Below are positions 8,611 through 18,539 of a DNA stretch of 64,000 nucleotides, piece by piece; positions within the stretch are counted from its first letter, which is position 1, and each line of letters begins with the position of its first letter. Origin of the DNA: Armatimonas sp. (GTDB lineage Bacteria; Armatimonadota; Armatimonadia; Armatimonadales; Armatimonadaceae). The DNA is taken from contig JASGJG010000001.1 in the NCBI GenBank assembly GCA_049840835.1, positions 199,282 through 263,281 of the forward strand, given 5' to 3'. The notes beneath the pieces were generated by a model. That model saw nothing but the letters and a program-made list of their open reading frames with translations, was not told the origin of the DNA and did not search any database. The translations under genes and the position numbers were made by a program.

Positions 8611-11600
8611 TTACTCCACCCAGGCGCGGCGGGGGCCACCACCGAGGACGCGACGGACTTGCTCCACGGCGGCTTCATCAGCATCCATGTGGAATTTGGT
8701 CTGAATAACGTGCTCGCCAGAGGGTGTGTCAGCGTGGAGGAAGACAGACGAACCACCTTCGTGTTGGAGGAGCATTTCTTTTAGCATCTTGAGCATGTTG
8801 CGCACGCCATCGTCGATGCGGATATGGATGGTGCGGGGGCGGGCATCGGCGGACATGGCGTTCTCGACGATGCGCTCTACTTTGTCCGCAATAATTTCCA
8901 CGCTTTTCTCACCGCCGCCACCACCTTCGCCCTCTTCCGAGGACTCCGCGTTCTTTATAATCCGCTCCCGGTGCTGGGCCTTGCCGGAGATCACTACCAC
9001 AGAGTTTTGCAGCAGGAACTTGCCGTACTCGCTGGCGGTGCGTGGGAAGCAGGTAACGGACATCGACCCCACAGCGTCTTCAATCGTCACAAACAACATG
9101 GCGGAGCCGGTCTTGGTGTACTTGGTGCGTACTTCTGTGACCATACCACCGATAGTGATCTGCTGGTTCGGTTGGGTTTCGCCCAGCTCATCCGAGCGAA
9201 TCGCCCGGTGCTTCTTGCGCAGCTCCGGCTCAAAGGGCTTGACCGGGTGCTCGGTGAGGTAGATACCCAGCAGCTCTTTCTCCCAGGCCAGGCGCTCTCC
9301 ACGGGCATAGTCGGTTACCAGGGGAAGGGTTGCCGGGGCAAGGGAGGCAGCATCTTCGCTGGTGGCATCCCCAAAGAGGTTTTCTTGACCGGCTGCTGCA
9401 TCGCGCGCACCACGCTGGGCGGCGGAAACGCAGTCGTCTAAGACCTCTAAGAGCGCCCGGAAATTGGCGTGAATGCTTCGAAAGGCTCCGGCTTTAACCA
9501 GCATTTCAATGACTGACTTGCTGGTAAGCCCCTCGGCAAAGACCCGCAGGCAGAAGTCATCTAAGCTGATAAACGCGCCACCCTTGGCACGTGCGGCCAG
9601 AATCGCGTCTATGGGGGCTTTGCCTACGTTCTTGATAGCGAACAGCCCGAAACGCACCGCACCCACGTACTTCGGCTCGGTCGGCTCCGCGACAGTAAAG
9701 TCACCATCGGAGGCGTTCACATCGGGTGGGAGAACCTGAATACCCAGGCGCTCGCACTCTTCGATGGTGCCGACTACTTTGTCGGTTTTGTCCACATAAG
9801 CCGCCATCAAGGCCGCCAGATACTCGGATGTGTAGTTCGCTTTCAGATACGCAGTCTGATACGCCACCATGGCGTAGCAAGCAGCATGGGCACCGTTGAA
9901 GGCGTACCCGGCGAACGGTTCGATATCGGCGAAGATCTGCTCCGCAACCTTGGCCGTGACCCCGCGCTCCTTTGCGCCCTCCATGAACACGCCCTTCTGC
10001 TTGTCCATGTAGGCTTTCTGCTTCTTACCCATGGCGCGGCGCAGAAGGTCCGCCTGACCGAGCGAGAGGCCACCCACAGCCTGCACGATTTTGAGAACCT
10101 GATCCTGGTAAACAATGACCCCGTAGGTCTCCTCCAGAATCGGCTTGACCAGGTCATGTGCGTAGGTAATCTGGGTCGCGTCGAACTTGGAGCGGATATA
10201 GCGGGGAATATGCGCCAGCGGACCGGGACGGTAGAGCGCCACCATGGCCGAGAGCTCTTTCACGGAGTTTGGCTTTAGCTCCACAACATACTTCTTCATG
10301 CCCGCCGACTCCAGCTGGAACACACCCGTGGTCTCGCCACGACCCAGCATGTCGTAGGCTCTCTTGGCATCCGGATGCGAGTAGTCCAGTGGGATATCCC
10401 AAACATCCACCGTCTCGTTTCGGGTCTTCTGAATAAGCTTCACCGCGCGGGCCAGAATGGACAGGTTGACAAGACCCAGGAAGTCCATCTTGAGCAGCCC
10501 GATCTCCTCCAGCGACGAGTGCGGGTATTGCGTGGCCAGCGAGCCATCGTTGAGCTTGCGGAGTGGGGTGTACTCTACCAGCGGCCTATCCGAGATCATG
10601 ATTCCCGCCGCGTGTACCGACTCAGAGCGAGTGATTCCCTCTATACTCTTCGCGGTGTCTAAAAGCTTGCGGGCCAGTTCCTCGTTCTCGTAGGCGGCTA
10701 CCATTTCCGGGTTGCCGGAGTAGTCTTTCTCCTGCCAGCCGTGCATCGCCTTATCGATAGAGATACCCAGCGGCAACGCCGGAATCATACGGGCGATTCG
10801 GTCGACATCCGGTAGGGGCATAGACAGCGCCCGCCCGGCATCTCTGATTGCGGCCTTGGCACCCAGCGTACCGAACGTGGTGATGTAGCTGACGTTGTCT
10901 TTGCCGTACTGCTGGGTTACGTGCTCGATCACTTCGGCGCGGCGCGTATCCTCGAAGTCCATGTCGATATCGGGCATGGTCACGCGCTCTGGGTTCAAGA
11001 AGCGCTCAAAGGTCAGGCCATACTCCACCGGATCCAGGTCGGTGATCCCTAAGCAGTAGCTGGCCAAGGACCCCGCCGCACTACCGCGCACCCCGAAGAA
11101 AATGCCGGATTGGCGGGCGTGCTGCGCAATGTCTCTGACAATCAGGAAGTACTGCGCGAATCCGGTCTGCTCGATAATGTCCAGTTCGTAGTTCAAGCGG
11201 TCCTTATGCTCACCGGCATGCTCCGGTAAGCGTCGCTCCATTCCCTCCCAGCACAGCCGTGTCATAGTCTTCTGCGCTGTGCTGCCTTCATCCACACCGA
11301 CCACGGGCATGGGGGCGCGGCCTGTCTCGATTTCTAAATTACACTTCTCGGCGATTTCGAGAGTGTTCTCAATCGCATCCGGCGCAAAGTGCTCGAACTC
11401 ACCCATCATCTCGTCGTAGGACTTCAGGTAGAATTCACGCGGCTCGTAGCGCATGCGTTTGGGATCGTTTACCGTGGTGCCGGTCTGAATACAAATAAGC
11501 ACATCGTGCGGGTCGGCATCGGCAGCTTTCAGATAGTGGCTGTCATTGGTGGCCACCATCTTGATGTTCATGGAGCGTGCGATACGCTTGACCTGCTCGT

Positions 11601-12156
11601 TTATGTCCCACTGACCATCGGCATGGTGCCCCTGGACCTCTAAGTAAAAGTCCTCGCCGAACAGCTCCCGGTACCAGGCGGCCACACTCTTGGCTTCCTC
11701 GTACCCCTGCTTCATGATGGTCTGAGCAAGCTCGCCGCCCATACACGCCGAGCAGATAATCAACCCCTCATGGTGCTCTTCTAAAAGCTCTTTATCCACA
11801 CGCGGCTTGTAGTAGAATCCCTCCAGCGACGCCTTGGTCACCAATTTCATCAGGTTCTTATAGCCGGTCTCGTTCTTCGCCAGCGCGACTAAGTGGTGGT
11901 TGCCATCCTTCTTCGGGTCGCGGTCTTTGCGCCCACGGGTGGCCACATACAGTTCACTCCCCACCAGCGGTTTGATACCCGCTTTCTTGGCCGCGTTGTA
12001 GAACTCAAACGCCCCATACATCACCCCATGGTCCGTGAGCGCCAGCGCTGGCATCTCCATCTCCACGGCGTATTTGACCATATCTTTGATCTTGGAAGCG
12101 CCGTCGAGAAGGGAGAACTCCGAGTGGTTGTGGAGATGCACAAAGGGGGTGGGCAT
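8611..12156 (-). CDS. dnaE: DNA polymerase III alpha subunit
   Basis: 1181 aa; PHP domain start MPTPFVHLHNHSEFSLLDGASKI, polymerase core, OB-fold; unmistakable DnaE. Confidence 0.97.
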   Translation of the reverse strand: MPTPFVHLHNHSEFSLLDGASKIKDMVKYAVEMEMPALALTDHGVMYGAFEFYNAAKKAGIKPLVGSELYVATRGRKDRDPKKDGNHHLVALAKNETGYKNLMKLVTKASLEGFYYKPRVDKELLEEHHEGLIICSACMGGELAQTIMKQGYEEAKSVAAWYRELFGEDFYLEVQGHHADGQWDINEQVKRIARSMNIKMVATNDSHYLKAADADPHDVLICIQTGTTVNDPKRMRYEPREFYLKSYDEMMGEFEHFAPDAIENTLEIAEKCNLEIETGRAPMPVVGVDEGSTAQKTMTRLCWEGMERRLPEHAGEHKDRLNYELDIIEQTGFAQYFLIVRDIAQHARQSGIFFGVRGSAAGSLASYCLGITDLDPVEYGLTFERFLNPERVTMPDIDMDFEDTRRAEVIEHVTQQYGKDNVSYITTFGTLGAKAAIRDAGRALSMPLPDVDRIARMIPALPLGISIDKAMHGWQEKDYSGNPEMVAAYENEELARKLLDTAKSIEGITRSESVHAAGIMISDRPLVEYTPLRKLNDGSLATQYPHSSLEEIGLLKMDFLGLVNLSILARAVKLIQKTRNETVDVWDIPLDYSHPDAKRAYDMLGRGETTGVFQLESAGMKKYVVELKPNSVKELSAMVALYRPGPLAHIPRYIRSKFDATQITYAHDLVKPILEETYGVIVYQDQVLKIVQAVGGLSLGQADLLRRAMGKKQKAYMDKQKGVFMEGAKERGVTAKVAEQIFADIEPFAGYAFNGAHAACYAMVAYQTAYLKANYTSEYLAALMAAYVDKTDKVVGTIEECERLGIQVLPPDVNASDGDFTVAEPTEPKYVGAVRFGLFAIKNVGKAPIDAILAARAKGGAFISLDDFCLRVFAEGLTSKSVIEMLVKAGAFRSIHANFRALLEVLDDCVSAAQRGARDAAAGQENLFGDATSEDAASLAPATLPLVTDYARGERLAWEKELLGIYLTEHPVKPFEPELRKKHRAIRSDELGETQPNQQITIGGMVTEVRTKYTKTGSAMLFVTIEDAVGSMSVTCFPRTASEYGKFLLQNSVVVISGKAQHRERIIKNAESSEEGEGGGGGEKSVEIIADKVERIVENAMSADARPRTIHIRIDDGVRNMLKMLKEMLLQHEGGSSVFLHADTPSGEHVIQTKFHMDADEAAVEQVRRVLGGGPRRAWVE

Positions 12157-12357
12157 GACCGCTATTGTACAATATGCGAGGGCAATGAGTCGCTAAGATG
12201 CTGGCATGAGTACCGGGTATTGGTGTCGGGCAGCTAAAGCAGCCCGCTGCTAGGGCAAGCACCCTGAAGGGCGCTAATAACGTCCTTTTATGGAGGGGCC
12301 TTTAGGCTCCTTGTCGCAACAGCGGGTTCCTTCAGGGACCCGTTTTGTAATGGGCAT

Positions 12358-13308
12358 ATGAACACAGAAAACTCCATTACCCTTGAGCAGATTGCGGAAG
12401 TATTCCGGGCATATGCTCTGGCAGAAAATCCGTCTATCACCCGAATCACCTCAGGATTTACCAATGAAGTGTATGAGGTAGATGGCTACATCCTAAAGGT
12501 CTGCGTCAATCTGCTCAATGAGCCTAATTTCGAGCGGGAAGTTTTTCTGTACCAGATGCTGCGGGGCACAGTCCTCACACCAGAGCCCATTGTTGTTGAT
12601 ATCTCTAAGAGTCTCCTGAGTAAGTTCTATATGATCTACCCTAAAATCGAAGGGGAATCAGCGGGGCAGCGCTGGCACGGGTTGGATAATATGGCCCGAC
12701 GAGAGTTCGTAAGGGATTTATGCCAGCAGCTACAGCGAATGGATAACTTTCCCCTGAAAAGCTACACGGAGCGCTTTGGGCTAAATCTCAATCTGATATG
12801 GCAAGAAGAGGTTGTCAACGGGCTGTTTCGTTCGCTGGCAAAAGTCCAAGAGCAAGAGATTCCTATTCTGCCAGAAACCACTGTCCAGGCGATTGATACC
12901 TATATCCAAAAGACAGCCTATGTGCTGGAACCACAGAAACTTGGTCTGGTGTTCTGGGATGTGCAGTGGGACAACATGCTCATTGATAACCAGAATAGGC
13001 TAGCAGCCCTGATTGATTTCGAGGGCATCAGCATTGTCTCCATTGACTATCGTCTGTCCATCATCCGCGCGATGATGGAGCGACCGCATATTTTTCTGAG
13101 TAGTGAACTGGAGCCTTGTGCAAATACAGAAGACTACAAGCACCTTATGGAGTGGTACCGGGAGTTCTACCCGGAACTGTTTGACTTTCCTGAACTCGAA
13201 AAACGGGTGAGTCTCTATGAGTTGGGCGATGTGCTGGACCATTTGCCCGATTGGCCGAAAGCTCGGCAGCTTCATGAGCGATTAGAGAAAATTCTTAGTA
13301 CCTACTGA
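12358..13308 (+). CDS. phosphotransferase enzyme family protein (aminoglycoside/choline-kinase-like)
   Basis: 316 aa; catalytic-loop-like WDVQWDNMLID and IDFEG (DFG-like) motifs of APH/CHK kinases. Confidence 0.65.
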   Translation: MNTENSITLEQIAEVFRAYALAENPSITRITSGFTNEVYEVDGYILKVCVNLLNEPNFEREVFLYQMLRGTVLTPEPIVVDISKSLLSKFYMIYPKIEGESAGQRWHGLDNMARREFVRDLCQQLQRMDNFPLKSYTERFGLNLNLIWQEEVVNGLFRSLAKVQEQEIPILPETTVQAIDTYIQKTAYVLEPQKLGLVFWDVQWDNMLIDNQNRLAALIDFEGISIVSIDYRLSIIRAMMERPHIFLSSELEPCANTEDYKHLMEWYREFYPELFDFPELEKRVSLYELGDVLDHLPDWPKARQLHERLEKILSTY

Positions 13309-13314
13309 ATACCT

Positions 13315-14566
13315 ATGACATGGTCTGAACTATCCGAGAGATGGCGTGCAGAAGGTCTGCGCTATACGCAAGAAACCAATGCGTTTGTGGCGCGCGGAAT
13401 CGCCTCAAACTGGACGAGCGGAGAGCCAGAACCAACCCCAGATAGTCGAGAAGAAATCGCGGAAGCAGTGCTGGCGGAGGTACGGCGCGCCAACGATGAG
13501 GGAAACGCTGGCATACTCCGAAGCGCCTTTCCGCCTGCCTGGGAACCCTTTCATAAAACGCTAAATACTCGTGGTCAAGGGATTGACGGCGTTGTTCTGC
13601 TCCCCGACGACTCTATCTTGCTCAGGACAGCAGACACGAAGGGGCGCTATTACCGGGTATGGAAGCACTCGTATGATTGGCTTGAGGGAATCCACTATGT
13701 AGGAATAGCTCCCGATAGAAGCTGGCTGGCAGTCGCAACCTATTCCGGAGTGCAACTGCGGCGCACCTGGGAATCCTCCGTGGAGCTGCTGCTTCCCTGG
13801 TCCAGTCTTGGTTGTCCGGAGCAAATCACCCAGCTAATTCCATCTCCTAGAGGGAATTGTGCGCTGCTGGTAAACGAGCAAGGCTTCTTTATTTTGAAGC
13901 CGGACGGTGCTATACGACTGTTTGCAGCGGACAGTGACCGGGAGGAAGGTGAGGAGCTACCACTGCCGTACACGCTTGCTATGGAGCATGGTGCTATCTC
14001 CCGTGATGGCCGCTACTTTGTAGTGGGGCATCAATCGAGTAACCATGCCGTTTTCGATGAAGAGGGGAATCGGGTAGCCGATATCGGCCCGCACTGTGAG
14101 TACCCCCACTACGCTTTCTTTGACTATGAGAACGAGCACCTATTCGGCGAACTCCTGCCATTTCTATAATGGCGAGACTATCTCTGTCCCGGTAGCTACT
14201 CTAGAAGGGCTGAAGACCGCGCCTTATAAGGACGATGAGCGGATTCTGCCCTGCTCTGGGGGCGAGCGAATCTATGCCGCCGCGACTCGCTCCGGTGAGT
14301 TTATCGTGGGAGATGCCTATGGCTACGTACGTGCCTACGGGCACGATGGCAAGCTAACGTGGCAGCATTTTCTTGGGTCTACTATCACCGGCATGGACAT
14401 CTCCGCGAATGGGAAAACACTGGCCGTAGCTTCCTATGCCGGGATTGTCGCGTTGATTGACCTGGATACCGAAGCCGCTGACCCGTTCCAAATCGGCACG
14501 GCTACGCACCGGGAGCGTTTCCGTTGGCTATTCTGGAAAGGTGAGGAAAGCCCGCTGCTCTGGTAG
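13315..14566 (+). pseudogene. beta-propeller repeat protein split by a 1-nt frameshift near 14155..14170 (ORFs 13315..14169 and 14096..14566)
   Basis: Frame 1 ends ..NEHLFGELLPFL*; overlapping frame continues with sensible repeat sequence ..YNGETISVPVATLEGL..; beginning of second ORF is junk-like, indicating a frame switch rather than two genes. Confidence 0.45.
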
Positions 14567-14579
14567 GCTCCAGAGTTTT

Positions 14580-14966
14580 CTACGCTTCCTCTTCTTGAAG
14601 CCGAAGCATTTCTGTACGTAGGAATTCTGCAAAGGTATCGAAGTGGCAAAGCTGATTTTCGGCGAGCCAGCGAATTCCGGCGAAGCTGTTGGGAGAGCGA
14701 AGAGCGGCTTCGCTCTCCTCTGGAGACAATGCCCCATACTCCTCCTGGTCCGAAAAATCGCGGAAGGCAGAAGCCACCCACGGAAGCCACTCCCCAGGAA
14801 TGGGGAGATAGTTTCGGAAATAGGCCAGCTTCTGATTTTCCTCGAGAGGCTCCATAGCTTCCCAGTAGTCCATCAGGTAGGACTCTCCTTCGCCCATTCG
14901 CCAGCGAATCTCAAAGGGATCTGAGTTCGGATAGCGTACCCAGGGAGGGGGGAGGAGGTCAGTCAT
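14580..14966 (-). CDS. hypothetical 128-aa protein, last gene of the RT operon (8 nt after RT stop)
   Basis: ORF MTDLLPPPWVRYPNSDPFEIRWRMGEGESY..; W-rich; tightly coupled to RT gene; possible retron accessory/effector. Confidence 0.5.
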   Translation of the reverse strand: MTDLLPPPWVRYPNSDPFEIRWRMGEGESYLMDYWEAMEPLEENQKLAYFRNYLPIPGEWLPWVASAFRDFSDQEEYGALSPEESEAALRSPNSFAGIRWLAENQLCHFDTFAEFLRTEMLRLQEEEA

Positions 14967-14974
14967 GGTTATGT

Positions 14975-16372
14975 TTACACAAACGGGTTCTGGCGCTGGA
15001 TTTTCTCGGCCTCCTCAGGCCGCGTGGAGCGAATCCAGGCGATATAGCCACGGGCATAGGCCATGGAATCACGGCCTATCTTCGCGCTCATGGCATCCGG
15101 TCCCTCAGTTCGGCAATGATGCATGAACGCCCGGAATTTACGAAGGTCCTCACGAGAGACACGAGCCTGTCCTTCGAAACCCTGGTTTACGACCAGGCCT
15201 GTTACGCTCTGGCGCTGGCGAGTGCGAAGTACCTGGGTTTTGTCTTCGTTGATAACGAGGTTCTCCTCTGTAACGATCTTGCGAACCAGCGTGAGCAATG
15301 CGCCCACAGGAGCATCCGGCTTTTCGTGAGAGAAGGTCAGGTCGTCGGCGTAGCGGGTGTAGACAAACCCCAGGCTTTTCGCGGCGCCTTCGATGCGCGC
15401 ATCCAGCCCCAGGCAGAGCCAGTTCGTCAGCGCTGGCGATGTACAGGCACCCTGTGGCGTGGCACGCTCACCCACAGCGACGAACTTGCGCTCGCCATCG
15501 AAAGTAATACAAACGCGTGGAGAGTCGGTGCAGAGCAGGGCCAGCAGGGTGGCCACGCTCTCGCCATAGCCCAGCTTCTCGAACATCCCTTTCACGCGTC
15601 GCCAGGTCACGCTGGGGAAGAAGTCTTTCAGGTCTGTCTTGACTACCACAGCCTTGTCTACATGGGGCGCGGCGTTTTTCTGCACGGAGCAACCGGGCGC
15701 AAACGCCATTGCCGCCTGGTGCGGCGTGAGCGTTTCTAAGATCTCTTTGAGAATCCAGCTCTGCGCCACCCGCAGGGTGCGTTTGGGCGACGAAAGCACC
15801 CGTAGCCCCCCCTTTTTCTTAGGAATCGTAAAACGGGAGTAGTGCCCGGTTTTATCCGCGCGGCTCTGATAGCTCAGCCAGGCCAGCTTCTCGGGGGGCA
15901 GGCCAATAGCAGTTGCCAGCTCCTCAGGAGTGTTTACGATAGGCAGTCCACGCTTCTGCAGCGCTTCGGCATCGCTGGTAGTGCCGCTCAGGCCGCCGGA
16001 GACACCGACGCCCAAGTGTGGCAGGCTTTTCTTGCGCCAGGCGGCATCTGCTTCTTTCTTCTTCTGGCGCTCAGCGGCGCGAACTTTGGCTTTCTCTGTA
16101 CGCTCAGCACGCACACGCTCGATACGCTTGCGCCGAATCTCAGCCAGCAGGCGCGGTACATCGCCGCCCTCGCTGATTTCTTTTTCAATCTGGCGTAGCT
16201 CACGGCTGAATTTGGCGCGCTCTTCATAGAGCGGCTTCAACGTAGCTTCTATCTCGGCATACTCGGCGGCTTTTTCTGGGGATGGTGGCCAGTAGCCCAG
16301 CCGGGTCATCTCTTCTCGGATGAACCCGGACTTGCCCAGCTCGCCCATACGCTTTTTCTGATCTCCGGTCAT
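14975..16372 (-). CDS. retron-type reverse transcriptase with ~170-aa N-terminal basic coiled-coil extension
   Basis: 465 aa; motif 1-2 FTIPKKKGGLRVLSSP; retron-specific NAAPHV + DLKDFFPS (cf. Ec86 NATPHI..DLEDFFPS); motif 4 PQGACTSPALTN; motif 5 YTRYADDLTFS; LVINEDKT; conserved VTG (RQSVTGLVV). Confidence 0.9.
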   Translation of the reverse strand: MTGDQKKRMGELGKSGFIREEMTRLGYWPPSPEKAAEYAEIEATLKPLYEERAKFSRELRQIEKEISEGGDVPRLLAEIRRKRIERVRAERTEKAKVRAAERQKKKEADAAWRKKSLPHLGVGVSGGLSGTTSDAEALQKRGLPIVNTPEELATAIGLPPEKLAWLSYQSRADKTGHYSRFTIPKKKGGLRVLSSPKRTLRVAQSWILKEILETLTPHQAAMAFAPGCSVQKNAAPHVDKAVVVKTDLKDFFPSVTWRRVKGMFEKLGYGESVATLLALLCTDSPRVCITFDGERKFVAVGERATPQGACTSPALTNWLCLGLDARIEGAAKSLGFVYTRYADDLTFSHEKPDAPVGALLTLVRKIVTEENLVINEDKTQVLRTRQRQSVTGLVVNQGFEGQARVSREDLRKFRAFMHHCRTEGPDAMSAKIGRDSMAYARGYIAWIRSTRPEEAEKIQRQNPFV

Positions 16373-16412
16373 GCGATGTCTCCAATAAATATCGAGCCCG
16401 TGCCGATTCGTG

Positions 16413-16536
16413 CCAGGACGGTAAACGTCCGGCTATAGGCACTTCGTGCCGTCTCCCTGCAGGAGGGGTTTGGCCTGATTTGGCCGCAGGCCACGGCGGG
16501 CTTGTCCGCCACATAGCCGGACGTTTACCGTCCTGG
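16413..16536 (-). ncRNA. perfect 24-nt inverted repeats flanking a 76-nt multi-hairpin core, 40 nt upstream of RT start: candidate compact retron msr-msd (a1/a2-like repeats) or RT-operon regulatory structure
   Basis: ccaggacggtaaacgtccggctat (16413..16436) is exact reverse complement of atagccggacgtttaccgtcctgg (16513..16536); core contains small hairpins ggcgg..ccgcc, ggcc..ggcc, ctcctgcaggag. Confidence 0.45.
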
Positions 16537-16557
16537 AAACAGGAGCCAGATTCGTCA

Positions 16558-17733
16558 TCACGCCTTGCCTTCTTTCATATCCAGGAACTGCTGTTCGGTG
16601 AGCACGGGCACGCCCAGCTCGTTGGCTTTGGCTAGCTTGCTTCCCGCTTTGTCCCCTGCTACCAGGTAGGTGGTGTTCTTGCTCACGCTGCCGGAGGCTT
16701 TTCCGCCCAGCTGCTCCACGATAGACTCGGCTTGCTCACGGGTGAAGAGGGTGAGTGCTCCTGTGAACACAAAGGTCTGCCCGGTGAAGTCTACGGTCTT
16801 GCCCGATGCCCCTGTGGCAGTCGCTTTCGCGCCGATAAGGTCGCGGCTTGCCAGGGCGATAGCCGCGACAATATGGGCGCAGGGGCCTTTGCGCAGTTTC
16901 TCGCGGCGGAAGAAGGCGCAGGTGCAGGAGGCGAACTTGGCGCGGCCATCGGCATCCAGGTCCAGAGTGACGATGAACTTGCGCTCACGCTTGCTCTCGC
17001 CCCCTCGCACCGAAGCACGAAGTCGGGTGATGCCTTCGCCGGGGGCTCCGAAGAACCCGCCACCATCTTCATCCTCCTCTTCGCCGGGTTTCAGGAACGT
17101 TACGCCGCCAGAGTTCACGATACGGGCAGCCAGGCGAGACGGCTGGCTTTCATCGTCCTCTTCGGGTGCGGGGAATGGGAGGAGCTGGCGCCAACGGTAG
17201 CGGTTAGTGGGCAGGTCGAACATCGCGCGACCCTGGCGACAGAGGCGCTGAAGCGCAGCGGTCGCGGCCTCTCGGGATAGGTCGGAGGAGCTGAAAAGTT
17301 CTTCGGGGGTAAGCGCCAGACGCTTTTCTAAAACCTCGGCGGCAGCCGCGACATCACCTTCACTGGCACCACCTACAGCGGCGAGTACATCGAAGCGAGC
17401 GGCGGCGGACCAGTCGTTTTTGGTCCACCCGGAGATACCTAAATCGAACCGATGGCCCTGCAGCGTGACGGACCAATAGGATGGCATGCCGGTGCCGAGT
17501 AATCGAACATCTACCCGGTCGGCGTGGGGAAGCAGGTCGATCAAGGTCATCAGGCGGCGGCGGCCCCACAGGCGGATTTCCTGCGCCGCGCTACCCTGCC
17601 AGCGGTGGGTGTGCTCTTTGATCTCTATTCCCCACGGCTCCACGATGACTTTGGGATACTCACCCGGCTCCAGAATAAACTTCAGCGAGCGAGGGCTTTC
17701 TTTCTCTCGCTGCCCTTCCAGCACGGCCAGCAC
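16558..17733 (-). CDS. SWIM zinc-finger + C-terminal BRCT domain protein
   Basis: 391 aa; SWIM CxCx(n)CxH: [22 protein letters not shown]; C-terminus [69 protein letters not shown] closely resembles LigA-type BRCT. Confidence 0.75.
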   Translation of the reverse strand: MLAVLEGQREKESPRSLKFILEPGEYPKVIVEPWGIEIKEHTHRWQGSAAQEIRLWGRRRLMTLIDLLPHADRVDVRLLGTGMPSYWSVTLQGHRFDLGISGWTKNDWSAAARFDVLAAVGGASEGDVAAAAEVLEKRLALTPEELFSSSDLSREAATAALQRLCRQGRAMFDLPTNRYRWRQLLPFPAPEEDDESQPSRLAARIVNSGGVTFLKPGEEEDEDGGGFFGAPGEGITRLRASVRGGESKRERKFIVTLDLDADGRAKFASCTCAFFRREKLRKGPCAHIVAAIALASRDLIGAKATATGASGKTVDFTGQTFVFTGALTLFTREQAESIVEQLGGKASGSVSKNTTYLVAGDKAGSKLAKANELGVPVLTEQQFLDMKEGKA

Positions 17734-17738
17734 GTCAG

Positions 17739-18539
17739 CTAGGGTATCTGGCGAGAGCGTGACATCGGTGCCGGGAAACGTGGCGGCGGACTGTACCTGG
17801 AGGAAGCCGCGAATCCAGGTGGGGGCAGGTCGATTTTCTTTTCGTAGCGCTCGCCCGCACCCGTCGCTATAGACACGCCGCCCGAACCTACATTGAGAAA
17901 TGCTGGGCGATAGCTGCGCACGCGCCGAATCTCATCGGCCAGCGCACGGGAGTAATCCACATTGGTGGTACCGAAGACAGTCTCGCCAAATGTATCTAGC
18001 TTTTCAAAGGGCACCGTCACGCGGCCATAGCTGGACTCATCGATAGAGAAGACCTCGAAGACCACAGCATCCGGGTGCACGGAAACCACCGGGTCTAAGA
18101 CCCACCAGGCGTCTGAGTCGTTTTTATGAAGCCAGGCGAAGTACTCCCCACGCTTTTGATAAAAATCCGAAGTTTCGGTCTTGCGCTCCAGGGGCTGAAT
18201 ATCTCGGTCCAAATCCTTCAGAGTCTTCCGAAGGGCATCACGGCGATCCATGAGGCCAGGCACGCGCTTTAGAAACTCGCCGCGCTCGGCTTGTAGCTCT
18301 TCTAAGTAGCGTGCCTGCACCCAGTTCTGGTAGGCCGTGTGGTCTTTCTCTTTGCGGCGCAGATCACTGGTCACAGTGGCATAGAGCGCCAGCATGACCC
18401 TGGCATAGGCCCTGCTGTCCTTGATCTGTGCGCTAAGCTGCACGCCGGGGCGGTGTAGCTCGGCGGAGACAGACATCTTCAGGCCAGAATTATCCCAGGT
18501 GGCGCTGGATGGTTTGGCATAGGCTTGTGTGACGTTCAT
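17739..18539 (-). CDS. hypothetical 266-aa protein within RT operon
   Basis: ORF translationally coupled on both sides (4-nt overlap with upstream gene, 5-nt gap to downstream); no family recognised. Confidence 0.5.
   Translation of the reverse strand: MNVTQAYAKPSSATWDNSGLKMSVSAELHRPGVQLSAQIKDSRAYARVMLALYATVTSDLRRKEKDHTAYQNWVQARYLEELQAERGEFLKRVPGLMDRRDALRKTLKDLDRDIQPLERKTETSDFYQKRGEYFAWLHKNDSDAWWVLDPVVSVHPDAVVFEVFSIDESSYGRVTVPFEKLDTFGETVFGTTNVDYSRALADEIRRVRSYRPAFLNVGSGGVSIATGAGERYEKKIDLPPPGFAASSRYSPPPRFPAPMSRSRQIP

Noticed and set aside
8726-9441. Plus-strand ORFs of 178 and 205 aa
   Set aside because: Antisense within dnaE; composition-driven.
15116-15739. 207-aa plus-strand ORF
   Set aside because: Antisense to the reverse transcriptase gene, whose motifs unambiguously define the coding strand.
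14975-16372. Alternative RT classes (group II intron, DGR, Abi/UG)
   Set aside because: Motif 4 is QG..SP (DGRs typically have SQ). No maturase/En domains or intron RNA domains V/VI flank it. Retron-specific NAxPH and VTG signatures are present. No template/variable repeat pair was seen.
16670-17280. 176- and 182-aa plus-strand ORFs
   Set aside because: Antisense to the SWIM-BRCT gene; Arg/Ser/Pro-rich junk translation.
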